DNA of 64,000 bases from Actinophytocola sp. (GCF_035942955.1 NZ_DASZCQ010000160.1:18878-82877); one strand, 5' to 3'; positions 39,801 through 47,778 are shown, counted from the stretch's first letter. Notes: generated by a model not told the origin, from the letters alone. A program made the numbers and translations.

Positions 39801-41290
39801 GCCGAGCGTCCCGTGCGCAGCGAGGAGCGTTGCCGCACAAGGCGTTCCGCGACCAGTGCGCGCAGTTCGGACAGCCTCGACTCGGCCTGGGCGCCGTCCG
39901 TGGCGACCAGGCGAGAGCTGCCGAACGTCGGGCCGGACGGCCGGGTGTGCGGCAGCCAGGTCGCCCATTCCCAGTCAGCGGATTCGTCCTGCCCGGTGAT
40001 GACGACGACGCCCAGGTCCCGCGGCGCGTGCAGCCCGCCCGCCTGGGTCACGACTGCCCGCGCGGCGGCGAGCAGGCCACGGCGTTCCCCGGCCATGCCG
40101 AGGACTCCGACCCGGCGCAGCTCGACCGTCGCGGGAACGTCGCGCACGGTGGGCACCGCGGGCAACTCGGCCGAGCCACCGCGGGGTTGCGGATAGCGGG
40201 GATCGAACCGCAGCCGCAGCTCGGCCTGCCGGTCGTGCAAGCCCAGCCGCAGCCGAAGGAAGTCGGGATCGCTCGGGCGCCTTTCCCATAGCCGTGCGGA
40301 TGGTGCGCACGCGGCAGCGGCGACCCAGGACGGATCGGGGTGGACGGCACGCGCCCGGCGCTCGTCCGCGGCGCACGCGGCGGCGAGTGCGCCGCGGAAC
40401 GTCTCGAGCGCCAGGTCGTACTCCTTCTTCCGCGCCGCGTACTCCCGGCGCCCCGAACGCCGGTCCCCGATCAGGTTGGCCAGCACCATGACCGGGCTGA
40501 GCAGCATGATCAGCAGGAAGTAGCCGGCGTTGGGCAGCAGGACGTACAGCCCCCCGCCGAACAGCAGCGGCAGCAGCACGGCGATCCACGGGAACCGGAA
40601 ACCGCTGGGCTTGTCCGGTTCCACCGGCACCAGCAGCGCGTGGGGCGGCTCCGGCATGGAGATCCGCGGCGGCCGGTTGAACCAGCGCGTACCGTTTCCC
40701 GGTTCGGCCGTGACGTCCGCGTCCGCAAGCACCGTCGGGCGCAGGCCGAGCACCGTCTCGCCCAGGCCGGCCACGTCGCCGACGGCGAGCCGGGCCGGTT
40801 CGGTCAGCCGCCATCCCTGCCAGCGGATTCCGTTGTGGGAGTTGGCATCCGCCAGCCATACGACACCGTCCGCGCCGACCGAGATCGTGGCGTGGACACG
40901 GCTGACCTCCGGATCGGCAATCGCCAGGTCGGCCTCCGGTCCGCGGCCCAACCGCAGTTCGGTGCCGGGATACAGCAGGCGGCTCGGTCCGCCATGCAGG
41001 CCGCCGACGACCGAGATCTCCGGAATCTCCCCACTGGTCACGCCGTGGCCGGAGGTCAGCAGCGGTTGGCCGACCCCGACCACGGCGCCGTTGGCGAGTC
41101 CCGAATCCGCCACCGACACGTCACCCGGTACCGGCATGGTCCCCAGATACAGGGGACCGGCGGCCCGGTCGCCGAGGTGCTCGGCCAGAGCCGCGGTCAG
41201 GTCCGCGATGCGGTGGGACGGTGCGGCCGTGACGACCACCGGACGCGACACGCCGTCCGGGCCGACACAGACCAGCTCGATCTCGGTCAT
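36848..41290 (-). CDS. EssC/EccC-like type VII secretion FtsK/SpoIIIE ATPase: ubiquitin-like N-domain, FHA domain, 2 TM helices, three P-loop domains
   Basis: ORF of 1480 aa. FHA: 'LRLGRGPEADLAIADPEVSRVHATI...ADANSHNGI'. D1: 'GTSGAGKS', 'VIVVDEFA', 'LATQRP'. D2: 'GGTVRTGRST'. D3: 'GPGRSGRSS', 'VVVVDDGE'. Confidence 0.85.
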   Translation of the reverse strand: MTEIELVCVGPDGVSRPVVVTAAPSHRIADLTAALAEHLGDRAAGPLYLGTMPVPGDVSVADSGLANGAVVGVGQPLLTSGHGVTSGEIPEISVVGGLHGGPSRLLYPGTELRLGRGPEADLAIADPEVSRVHATISVGADGVVWLADANSHNGIRWQGWRLTEPARLAVGDVAGLGETVLGLRPTVLADADVTAEPGNGTRWFNRPPRISMPEPPHALLVPVEPDKPSGFRFPWIAVLLPLLFGGGLYVLLPNAGYFLLIMLLSPVMVLANLIGDRRSGRREYAARKKEYDLALETFRGALAAACAADERRARAVHPDPSWVAAAACAPSARLWERRPSDPDFLRLRLGLHDRQAELRLRFDPRYPQPRGGSAELPAVPTVRDVPATVELRRVGVLGMAGERRGLLAAARAVVTQAGGLHAPRDLGVVVITGQDESADWEWATWLPHTRPSGPTFGSSRLVATDGAQAESRLSELRALVAERLVRQRSSLRTGRSAGREFLVVVDGARRMRGLPGLAELLADGPTAGVYALCLDDDETALPAECGATAVLTSPSGSRARLRRADLPVIEDLLVDGLEPGHAMRMALALAPLDTLGVPAGAEALPERVRFTELAGLAISGRETDGELVRAAWAGSPEGRSTTAVLGVGPSGPLTVDLRRDGPHALIAGTSGAGKSELLQTLIASLAVRNMPDALTFVLVDYKGGSAFAACAELPHCVGLITDLDGHLVGRALDSLSAELRRREKLLADAEAKDIDDYWARTGDRLPRLVIVVDEFASLIEEVPEFVPGVVGIGMRGRSLGVHVVLATQRPGGVVTADLRANLNLRICLRVTAESESVDVIDAPDAARITSRQPGRAYLRTGHGDLTAFQAARVGWPRAADAESPGPEPVSVRPRRTTELGRSPRAGASAAADVDADGHTDLTALVAASRVAARQLGLSSPRRPWLPPLPDVVTAELSPGSQRPPLCVLLGLVDRPTAQAQDAFELDLERTGPIAVGGTVRTGRSTALRAIAAGLCAATGPDTVHIYGLDCGNRALAPLAELPHSGAIVDAEDSMRVARLLDWLDGEVRRRQRVLAGGYSGLAEQRRAAAPADRLPYLILLLDRLEGFRSAFDEHDGGRLVELLEGLLRRGPAVGLVTVLSTDRTAFGPRIATAIEHRLVLRQADRDDVAVFGLSPRAVPARMPAGRAIWTAAGEEVQLPLLDADPSGAAQIRALAGLAARLRAAADDLDPALLPHRIDPLPDRISIAEAEALRGATRSPAATVCTPAVGGDHAGPVDVDLAEVGGTFVVAGPGRSGRSSTLATIVHGLAGRPDGRLPVVLVTPRPSPLRQVADLAGVLGVTTGAAPAEFDDLVLSAGGPVAVVVDDGELVDELALGEALERFLLEARETGSVLVAAATTDDLLINRYRGWLAQARRARSGLLLNPASHLAGEVFDVRLSRSMAGGWPPGRGLLVLRGQATLAQVPLHLTEDLVGGPGDAR

Positions 41291-41295
41291 GGCCG

Positions 41296-41556
41296 TCAGT
41301 GGTTGGCGGCCTGGTCGATCAGGTGCTTGCGCCGGTCGACCTCCTGCGCCGCGCGGCTGAGCTCATCGGCCAGGTTGCGCAGCGCCGGGTTGAACTCGCT
41401 CTCCCACGCCTGCCGGAACCGGTCCGCGGCCGCGCCGGTCCAGGTGGTGGTGTTGATCAGCGTGGTGAGGGCGCGCTGCAGGTCGGTGACCTCCCCACCG
41501 CACACGCCCAAGCGGCGGGACAGCGTCTCCAGCTCGGCCAGCTCCGCCTTGATCAT
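41296..41556 (-). CDS. WXG100-family protein (86 aa)
   Basis: Its size, helical character and central 'TTWTGAAADRFRQAW' (W-x-G) fit the family. Its stop lies 5 nt upstream of the EssC-like start. Confidence 0.65.
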   Translation of the reverse strand: MIKAELAELETLSRRLGVCGGEVTDLQRALTTLINTTTWTGAAADRFRQAWESEFNPALRNLADELSRAAQEVDRRKHLIDQAANH

Positions 41557-41637
41557 GGCAGCTCCTCGGGTCGATTCGTTCCGGTCGGCTCGACGCTAAG
41601 AGGCTTGCGCCGCAATGGAAATGGGAAGCCCTGCCCA

Positions 41638-42309
41638 CTACCTGCCCGGCAGCAGCCGGAGATCGCCGGAGTTGATCAGCCGGCTAGTCAGTGCGTATTC
41701 GGCCAGGTTGCTCAGCGCGTTCGGGCCCGTCATGGCGGGCACACCGGCCTTGTCGAGCCGGCTGCGCAGGTACTCGATCCGCTTCACGAGCGTGGTTCTA
41801 GCCCACCCCAACCGTTTGGCGGCCGCCTCGTACGAGCGCGGGTGCGGGTCGTACCGGTCGCCTTCCTCCAGGTAGCCGGCGAACAGGGCGATCAGCGCCA
41901 GCCGGTCCTGCTGTGTGATCGTCACGTCCTGGCCGATCGTGGTGGGCACGCCGTCGACCGGTAGCTCGACCTGCGGTGTCCGGCGCTCCGGCGCGTCCAC
42001 GCGGAGCAGGTACGGCTTGGGCCGGCTGCCCTGCACCAGAACACGCATGCGGCCTTCCAGGGCGAATTTTCGGCCCGGCGCGAGCACGCTGCGGATCCCG
42101 TGCGTGTCGACCACTTCCAACATGCGAGTAGAGCTCACGTTCACCAGAAACCACGTTCCGTTGTCGGACCGGATGATGCCGGCCGTGCGGGAAATCGCGG
42201 CGTCGTCCGGGGCCAGGCAGTGCGTGCACTGCGTGGACCTGCCGAAACTGAACTCGTGTCCAATCTGGAGGACATATTTGTCCATTTCCGCGTGGACCGT
42301 CACGCTCAT
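41638..42309 (-). CDS. FHA domain / C-terminal HTH regulator
   Basis: ORF of 223 aa with the FHA-like 'FSFGRS....ISRTAGIIRSDNGTWFLVNVSS' and C-terminal 'AAAKRLGWARTTLVKRIEYLRSRL'. Confidence 0.65.
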   Translation of the reverse strand: MSVTVHAEMDKYVLQIGHEFSFGRSTQCTHCLAPDDAAISRTAGIIRSDNGTWFLVNVSSTRMLEVVDTHGIRSVLAPGRKFALEGRMRVLVQGSRPKPYLLRVDAPERRTPQVELPVDGVPTTIGQDVTITQQDRLALIALFAGYLEEGDRYDPHPRSYEAAAKRLGWARTTLVKRIEYLRSRLDKAGVPAMTGPNALSNLAEYALTSRLINSGDLRLLPGR

Positions 42310-42416
42310 GCTCCGGTTACTCCTCGTCCAGTTGGGAAGCGCTCCCTAGTTACACCCCCGCAACGGCTTTTGTATTCTGCCGGACGTCTTCCGCCGCCGA
42401 GGCACAGGAGTAAGAC

Positions 42417-44939
42417 GTGACCATCCTGCGCAGAATGATCGGACGAGGCAGGACCGGGTCGACCGTCCTGGTCGGAACGCTTCTCGCCGGCGTTCTCGCC
42501 GCGTCATTCGGGGTGGGCTACAGCGCGACGACGCCGGAACTGAACGACGGCACCAACCACGTTCCGCACGGCCACGGCATCTCGCAGGTGAACAGCGAGA
42601 CGCAGCGCGTTGAGAACGAGGCCAGGGCGTTGGCGACCGGCAAGGAGGAGATCGAGGTCGTCGAGCTGCAGGACGGCCGGGCCGCCGCGGTGAACAACCG
42701 GACGGGCGAGGTGCGCGTGTACCCGCGCGACCTCGGAACCGACTCCACCGTGACGCCACCCCAGGCCGGCAAGGACAAGCCGGTACCGCCGGGGGAGCAG
42801 CCCGCGGTGGTCGCCGGGAAGGACTCGGGCTACGTCGTCGATCCGACCGGGAACACCGTCCGGCAGCTCGGCGTCGACGGGCCGGCGCCGCCGCCGGTAC
42901 AGATCGACGGCGGCGCCAGCCGGACCGCCGTTCCCGACGGGGCCGGCGGCATCTGGGTGCTGACCGACGACGAGAAGGCCGTGCACGTCGTGCGTGACCG
43001 CATCGTCCACCGGGTCACCGCCCCCGACCCGATCAGGCAGCTCAGCGTGGCCGACGGGCGCCCGGTGGGAATCACCTCGAAGGGGGAGGCGCTCGACATC
43101 GCCGCCCGGCCGCTGCGCGCGATCGCCAGCCGTCCGGTACCGTCCGGGCCGAGCGTCGTGGTCGGGTCCCCGCGTGGGGCGGGCCGCTATCTCCTCGTGC
43201 TGGATCGCAAGGACGGCCGGCTGTTCGCCGTCGACCCGCGAACCCGTGCCGTTCATGACATCGGCACGCTGCCGACCGACTCGCCCAACAGCCTCGGCGC
43301 GCCGGTGATCCTCGACGACCGCGCCTACATCCCGCAGTACGCCCCGCGCAAGCACCGGCTCTTCGTCCGTGAGCTGCCGAGCGGCACCCCGCACGACGAT
43401 GTCCCGGTCCCCGGCGAGCACGAGCGGTTCACCCTCGAGGTGCGCGACCACCGCGTGTGGGCCAACGACCAGTTCGACCGCCGTGTCGTGGTGGTCGGCC
43501 GCGATGGCCGGCCCGCGGTGATCGACAAGGGCGACCGGCCGGGCGTGCAGAGCGACACCACCCAGGGCGAGCACAAGGACCAGGCGCCGCCCAAGGACAC
43601 TCCGCCGAGCACGGTCCCGCCGCCCCCCACGACGGCTCCGCCACCCAGCACCGAGGCAACCGATCCACCACCGTCGCGGGTCACCGTGCCCGAGATCGCG
43701 CGTGGGACTCAACAGGATGTCGCCTGCGACCGCGTCAGGGCCGTCGGCTTGCGTTGCGACATCGTCGAGGTGGGCCCGGGCGGCCCCACCGGAACGGTCC
43801 GCGACACCAAACCGCTCGGCGGAAGCCGGGTCCCCGAGGGCTCGGTCGTGCGGGTCTTCGTGTACGGGCCGGTCTCGGTGCCCAGCGTCGTCAACCTGCT
43901 GTCCGACGCGGCCTGCGCGAAGATTCTGAGCGGCGCGGGGGAACCCGGCGCCGGTGGCCAACTGAAGTGCGTCAAGGAACCCATGCCCGGCACCGGACGT
44001 ACGTGGTCCGATTTGGACGTCGTCGCCGAGCAGAACCCCGCGGCGGGCACGCGTGTCGAGCTCGACACCACGGTCACCATTCGGTTCTGGAACACGGTTC
44101 TCATGGAGAACCTGGCCGGCCGCAACGGCGAGAGCGAGTGCCAGAGAGTCATTGCCTCCTCCCGCAACCGGGTCACTTGCACCATGCAGTTGTCTAGTGG
44201 GCGACACACACCCGACCAGGCCGGCCAAGTCGCGTCGCAGTCACCACCGCCAGGCAGCCCGGTGGGGATCGGGGGTTCGATCGTGCTGGACGTCTACGGC
44301 GCGTCGCCGCCGCCCAGCGTCCCACCTATGGTCGGAACCGAGATCAACGCGGCGTGCCAGGCCGCGAGCAACGCCGGCTACACCTGCGACGCGCGCGCGG
44401 ATGTGCCGCTGTCCAACACCCCCAACGTCGTTCTGTCCCAGGAGCCGCCACCGGGCACGCCACAGCAGGGCGGCAACGTGATCCTGCACTATTCGAACAA
44501 CCAGGGCGCGGGACTCCAACCGCTGTACCGCTTCCGCGCCGCCAACAACGACCCGGTGTGGATCGTCCGGCTGGGCAACGCCCCGGTGGAAGGCTATGCG
44601 AACCCCGTCCATATCGGGTGGGCCTACAACGCGGCGGTCGGTGGAACGTGGACGATCAATGACTTCTACTGTACGGGCAAACCCAGCAACTGCGGTGGCT
44701 TCGAGCGCAATCACTACTACACCAAGAATGATCAACCAGTCATTCCGAACTTCGACAAGCACTACGCCGTGGGCGCCTTTATTCAGGCTCCCGACGGTCA
44801 ATGCGCCCCCGGCCAGCGGCGCATGTACCGCTTCAAGTATCACGCCAATGATGGACGAAGGTACTTTATCGGCGAAGGTCGACCAGACGGCTGGCCGGAT
44901 GACTATGAAGAATGGCTAGGGTGTATCTGGGCGCCGTAG
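42417..44939 (+). CDS. membrane-anchored surface protein: N-terminal TM, ~330-aa beta-rich domain, Pro-rich linker, four PASTA-like repeats, C-terminal Cys/aromatic domain with two 'YRF' repeats
   Basis: ORF of 840 aa with a GTG start after AGGAG. The PASTA-like units begin at 'VTVPEIARGTQQDVAC', 'VSVPSVVNLLSDAAC', 'VLMENLAGRNGESEC' and 'SVPPMVGTEINAAC'. It has no kinase or PBP domain. Confidence 0.7.
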   Translation: MTILRRMIGRGRTGSTVLVGTLLAGVLAASFGVGYSATTPELNDGTNHVPHGHGISQVNSETQRVENEARALATGKEEIEVVELQDGRAAAVNNRTGEVRVYPRDLGTDSTVTPPQAGKDKPVPPGEQPAVVAGKDSGYVVDPTGNTVRQLGVDGPAPPPVQIDGGASRTAVPDGAGGIWVLTDDEKAVHVVRDRIVHRVTAPDPIRQLSVADGRPVGITSKGEALDIAARPLRAIASRPVPSGPSVVVGSPRGAGRYLLVLDRKDGRLFAVDPRTRAVHDIGTLPTDSPNSLGAPVILDDRAYIPQYAPRKHRLFVRELPSGTPHDDVPVPGEHERFTLEVRDHRVWANDQFDRRVVVVGRDGRPAVIDKGDRPGVQSDTTQGEHKDQAPPKDTPPSTVPPPPTTAPPPSTEATDPPPSRVTVPEIARGTQQDVACDRVRAVGLRCDIVEVGPGGPTGTVRDTKPLGGSRVPEGSVVRVFVYGPVSVPSVVNLLSDAACAKILSGAGEPGAGGQLKCVKEPMPGTGRTWSDLDVVAEQNPAAGTRVELDTTVTIRFWNTVLMENLAGRNGESECQRVIASSRNRVTCTMQLSSGRHTPDQAGQVASQSPPPGSPVGIGGSIVLDVYGASPPPSVPPMVGTEINAACQAASNAGYTCDARADVPLSNTPNVVLSQEPPPGTPQQGGNVILHYSNNQGAGLQPLYRFRAANNDPVWIVRLGNAPVEGYANPVHIGWAYNAAVGGTWTINDFYCTGKPSNCGGFERNHYYTKNDQPVIPNFDKHYAVGAFIQAPDGQCAPGQRRMYRFKYHANDGRRYFIGEGRPDGWPDDYEEWLGCIWAP

Positions 44940-44951
44940 CCGCTCGGTGAG

Positions 44952-44988
44952 ACCGCCTCGGACGTGTGGTCCGAGGCGGTTTCTTCTT
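44952..44988 (+). terminator. intrinsic terminator after the PASTA-protein gene
   Basis: An 11-bp perfect stem ACCGCCTCGGA/TCCGAGGCGGT with a 7-nt loop, followed by TTCTTCTT. Confidence 0.8.
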
Positions 44989-45062
44989 GGGGAGCCTTTC
45001 CCGTTTCATCGTACTGACGAGCCGGCCAGACTTCGGGTGAACGAGGCTCGAGGAGGCTGGTG

Positions 45063-45344
45063 ATGGTCAAGAAGGACCCTTCACGAAATGGCGCGGGGGC
45101 GCGGTTCGAGGAGGCGGCGGAGCGGATCGCCGCCGAGATCCGCCGCCTCGATGACATCGGTGACGATGTCCGGCGGCGGCTGCGGGAGCTGCGGTGGACC
45201 GGTCGCTCCGCCGACTCCTTCCGGCGGCACGCCGTGCACCAGGCCGTGCGGGCCGGGCACAACCGCGAACTGATGGAGTCGCTGCGGGTGATGCTGATCC
45301 GGGCGGCCCAGGTAACCAACGCCGCGACGCGGGTGCAGCCATGA
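45063..45344 (+). CDS. WXG100-like small helical protein (93 aa)
   Basis: An ATG 6 nt after AGGAGG (a GTG alternative is at 45060). 'LRWTGRSADSFRRH' resembles the W-T-G-x-x-A-D-x-F-R motif of the protein at 41296..41556. Confidence 0.55.
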   Translation: MVKKDPSRNGAGARFEEAAERIAAEIRRLDDIGDDVRRRLRELRWTGRSADSFRRHAVHQAVRAGHNRELMESLRVMLIRAAQVTNAATRVQP

Positions 45345-46165
45345 CCGCGGCGCTCGTGCTCACCACCGACGAACTTCGGGTGTCGACCACGGTCGCGGGA
45401 GCTCCGGTGCCGGCCGCGCTGCGGGCCGACTGGTCCACAGAGGACATGCCGGTGGCCGACCTGGTCGCGTTGCGCGGGCTGCTCGCTAGGGGGCTGGCGA
45501 GCTCCGGCGCGGGAGACGTCAGCCTGGCCGATGACCTCTCGCTGGCCCTCGGACCATTCCTGACCGGCCGTGTTCTCGTTGACGTGCAACGAGATGGCGC
45601 GGTTCGGCCGGGCCGCCGCCTGATCGCGAAGGGCGCGGCGGGAGTGGTCAGCTGCGCCGAGCACGGACCGGACCTGTGGCAGGTCGAACCAGCCGACCCG
45701 GATCCGGTCGAGCGGCTGGTGGCCGACCTGGTCGATCACCTACCCGACACCGAGGCGTCCCACCCCGGCGTGACCCTGCCCACCGATCTACTCGCCGAGG
45801 CCGAGCGGCGGTCGGCGACCGGGGCCACCGAGCACACGCGTGGAATGTTGGTGCGGCGCGGTTTGCCGCCCGGGACCGCCGAGGTCGTGGCACGGGTGCT
45901 CGGCGACCTGGGCACGACCGTGACCGTGCGGTCCTCGCACCGTAACGGATCCACCACCCGATGCGCGGCGATCACCTGGCTGGAGACCGGTTCGACGGGT
46001 GTCTGGCTCGCCGTACCCGACGACGACCCCCTGGCCGATGTCGACCCCGCCGTGCCGCCGACGGGCCTTGCGGGACACACCAAGCTGCGGCCGGTGAGCA
46101 CCGGCACCCTGCGCGACGAGGTGCGTGACGTGGTGGAAATCCTCGGATCGGAGTGGACGGGATGA
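45341..46165 (+). CDS. EspG-like (ESX secretion-associated chaperone family) protein
   Basis: The start is the internal ATG of ORF 45194..46165, overlapping the upstream stop (ATGA). At ~274 aa, its overall pattern 'LT..EL.......G.P.P..LR...........L..RGL' resembles EspG as I remember it. Confidence 0.45.
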   Translation: MTAALVLTTDELRVSTTVAGAPVPAALRADWSTEDMPVADLVALRGLLARGLASSGAGDVSLADDLSLALGPFLTGRVLVDVQRDGAVRPGRRLIAKGAAGVVSCAEHGPDLWQVEPADPDPVERLVADLVDHLPDTEASHPGVTLPTDLLAEAERRSATGATEHTRGMLVRRGLPPGTAEVVARVLGDLGTTVTVRSSHRNGSTTRCAAITWLETGSTGVWLAVPDDDPLADVDPAVPPTGLAGHTKLRPVSTGTLRDEVRDVVEILGSEWTG

Positions 46166-47505
46166 GCAGGCTCTCCGCGCGTGAGATCGCCGAACATGCC
46201 TACGCGGCCGGCTTTCGCGGTCAGGCGCTGACCACCGCGGTCGCCGTGGCGCTGGCCGAGTCCGGCGGCAATCCCAAGGCCCGCGGGGATACCACGATCA
46301 CCGACGGCACATGGGGTCCGTCGATCGGCCTGTGGCAGATCCGCTCGCTGCGCTCCGACTACGGCACCGGCGACGAGCGCGACGCCAAGGCCAACCTCGA
46401 CCCCGCCACCAACGCCCGGCACGCCTGGTCGATCTCCGATCATGGCACCAACTGGACCCCGTGGTCGGCCTACACCAACGGCAGCTACCGGCGGTATCTC
46501 GACACCGCGCGGGCGGCGGCGCAGCAGGTTGCCGGCGGGCACTCCGGCGGCGGCGGACATTCCAGCGGCGGCGGGCAGTCCGGCGGTGAGCGGTCGGACG
46601 GTGAACGGCGCCGGCGGCCGGCAAGAGGCGACGCTCGCCCGGCCAGCGACCGGATCGTGCTCGACCTGCACGAGCTGCGCGAGCTGCACACGTTCTTCGA
46701 CCGCTGCGCCGACCGGGTCCGGCATGTCCGGCGGGTGGTGGCCGACATCGAACGCGATCTGGAGCCGGCCAGGGCCGCGCTCACCGACACCGCGCTGGCC
46801 GGCCTGATCACGCAGGCCTTCGCCTTCCTCCAGTCGCCTCCCATGTTGCCCAAGGCCGAGGAACGAATGGACTGGCACGCCCGGTTCGCCGAGCGGGTGC
46901 GTCGCCTCGCCGAGCGCGCCGACGGCGCCGACGGCAAGTGGACCCGGTCGGACGCGCTGCGGTTCGCCACCGGCATGGGCCGCGCGGACCGGGCCGAGCG
47001 GGCAGTCCTCGAGGCCCTGATCATGGGCACCATCGTGCGCCGCCGCAGCGACCTGCGGCAGCACCTGCACCGTGACCGTGACCGCGACCACGAACCGCGG
47101 TCCGGCGACGGCACACCGGCCAGGGTCGACGTATCGGGACTGCGTAACGGCCACGTGCCGGCGAGCAGGCTGGCTTCCGTCGGAGACGGCGAGAAGCTGC
47201 TCGAGCCGGTCGCCCGGGCGTTTCGCCGGATGGACGCCGCCGCCCGGGCCGCCGGCCTCGATCTCCATGTCAATTCCGGATATCGAAGCTATGCCGAACA
47301 AGCGCAGCTGTACCGCGACTACCAGAACGGGACCGGCAACCTGGCGGCGCCACCCGGTCGAAGCACGCACGGGCTCGGACTGTCCGCCGACATCAACGTC
47401 ACCAATCCACGAGTCCAGGCCTGGCTACGCGAGAACGCGGCGAAGTACGGCTTCGTCAACGACGTGGCGAGCGAGCCATGGCACTGGACCTACCAGCACA
47501 GGTGA
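46162..47505 (+). CDS. bifunctional cell-wall hydrolase: N-terminal lytic transglycosylase-like domain + C-terminal VanY/M15 D,D-carboxypeptidase-like domain; no signal peptide
   Basis: From ORF 46153..47505, with an ATGA overlap to the upstream gene. Motifs: 'AESGGNP.....TDGTWGPSIGLWQI' (SLT-like) and 'SGYRSYAEQ', 'GRSTHGLGLSADI', 'EPWHW' (M15B/VanY). Confidence 0.7.
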   Translation: MSRLSAREIAEHAYAAGFRGQALTTAVAVALAESGGNPKARGDTTITDGTWGPSIGLWQIRSLRSDYGTGDERDAKANLDPATNARHAWSISDHGTNWTPWSAYTNGSYRRYLDTARAAAQQVAGGHSGGGGHSSGGGQSGGERSDGERRRRPARGDARPASDRIVLDLHELRELHTFFDRCADRVRHVRRVVADIERDLEPARAALTDTALAGLITQAFAFLQSPPMLPKAEERMDWHARFAERVRRLAERADGADGKWTRSDALRFATGMGRADRAERAVLEALIMGTIVRRRSDLRQHLHRDRDRDHEPRSGDGTPARVDVSGLRNGHVPASRLASVGDGEKLLEPVARAFRRMDAAARAAGLDLHVNSGYRSYAEQAQLYRDYQNGTGNLAAPPGRSTHGLGLSADINVTNPRVQAWLRENAAKYGFVNDVASEPWHWTYQHR

Positions 47506-47778
47506 AACCTGGGTACCACGGCCGGTAGGGCTAGGTATCCGTTAAGGTGACCCGCCGTGATGACCACTACTTGACGTCGAACCCCTCAAGCCGCCTGATC
47601 TCGCCGGCCGTCAAGAGCACACAGCGGTGGCGTCGACATTCGGCGCCAGGCCGAGCCATCTGGCCTCACAGCGACAGTCCAGGCTACCGAGCTGTACCGC
47701 GGTCGGAGACCAGTCCCGCATGCCAGAGCGGACGTTCGCGTGGGGTGAGCCCCGCCACCTAATCGTCTCTGGATGACA

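Noticed and set aside
36848-41290. An FtsK-like gene serving as the conjugative TraB of an actinomycete integrative conjugative element at the tRNA.
   Set aside because: It has three tandem P-loop domains, an FHA domain, a length of 1480 aa and an adjacent WXG100 gene, all of which fit EssC/EccC. It does not fit a single-domain TraB, and no rep, xis or spd-like genes are seen.
42417-43500. The N-terminal domain of the PASTA protein as a divergent EccB.
   Set aside because: I could see no resemblance to the EccB N-terminal motif or its repeat organisation. Only the topology (N-terminal TM plus a large ectodomain) is shared.
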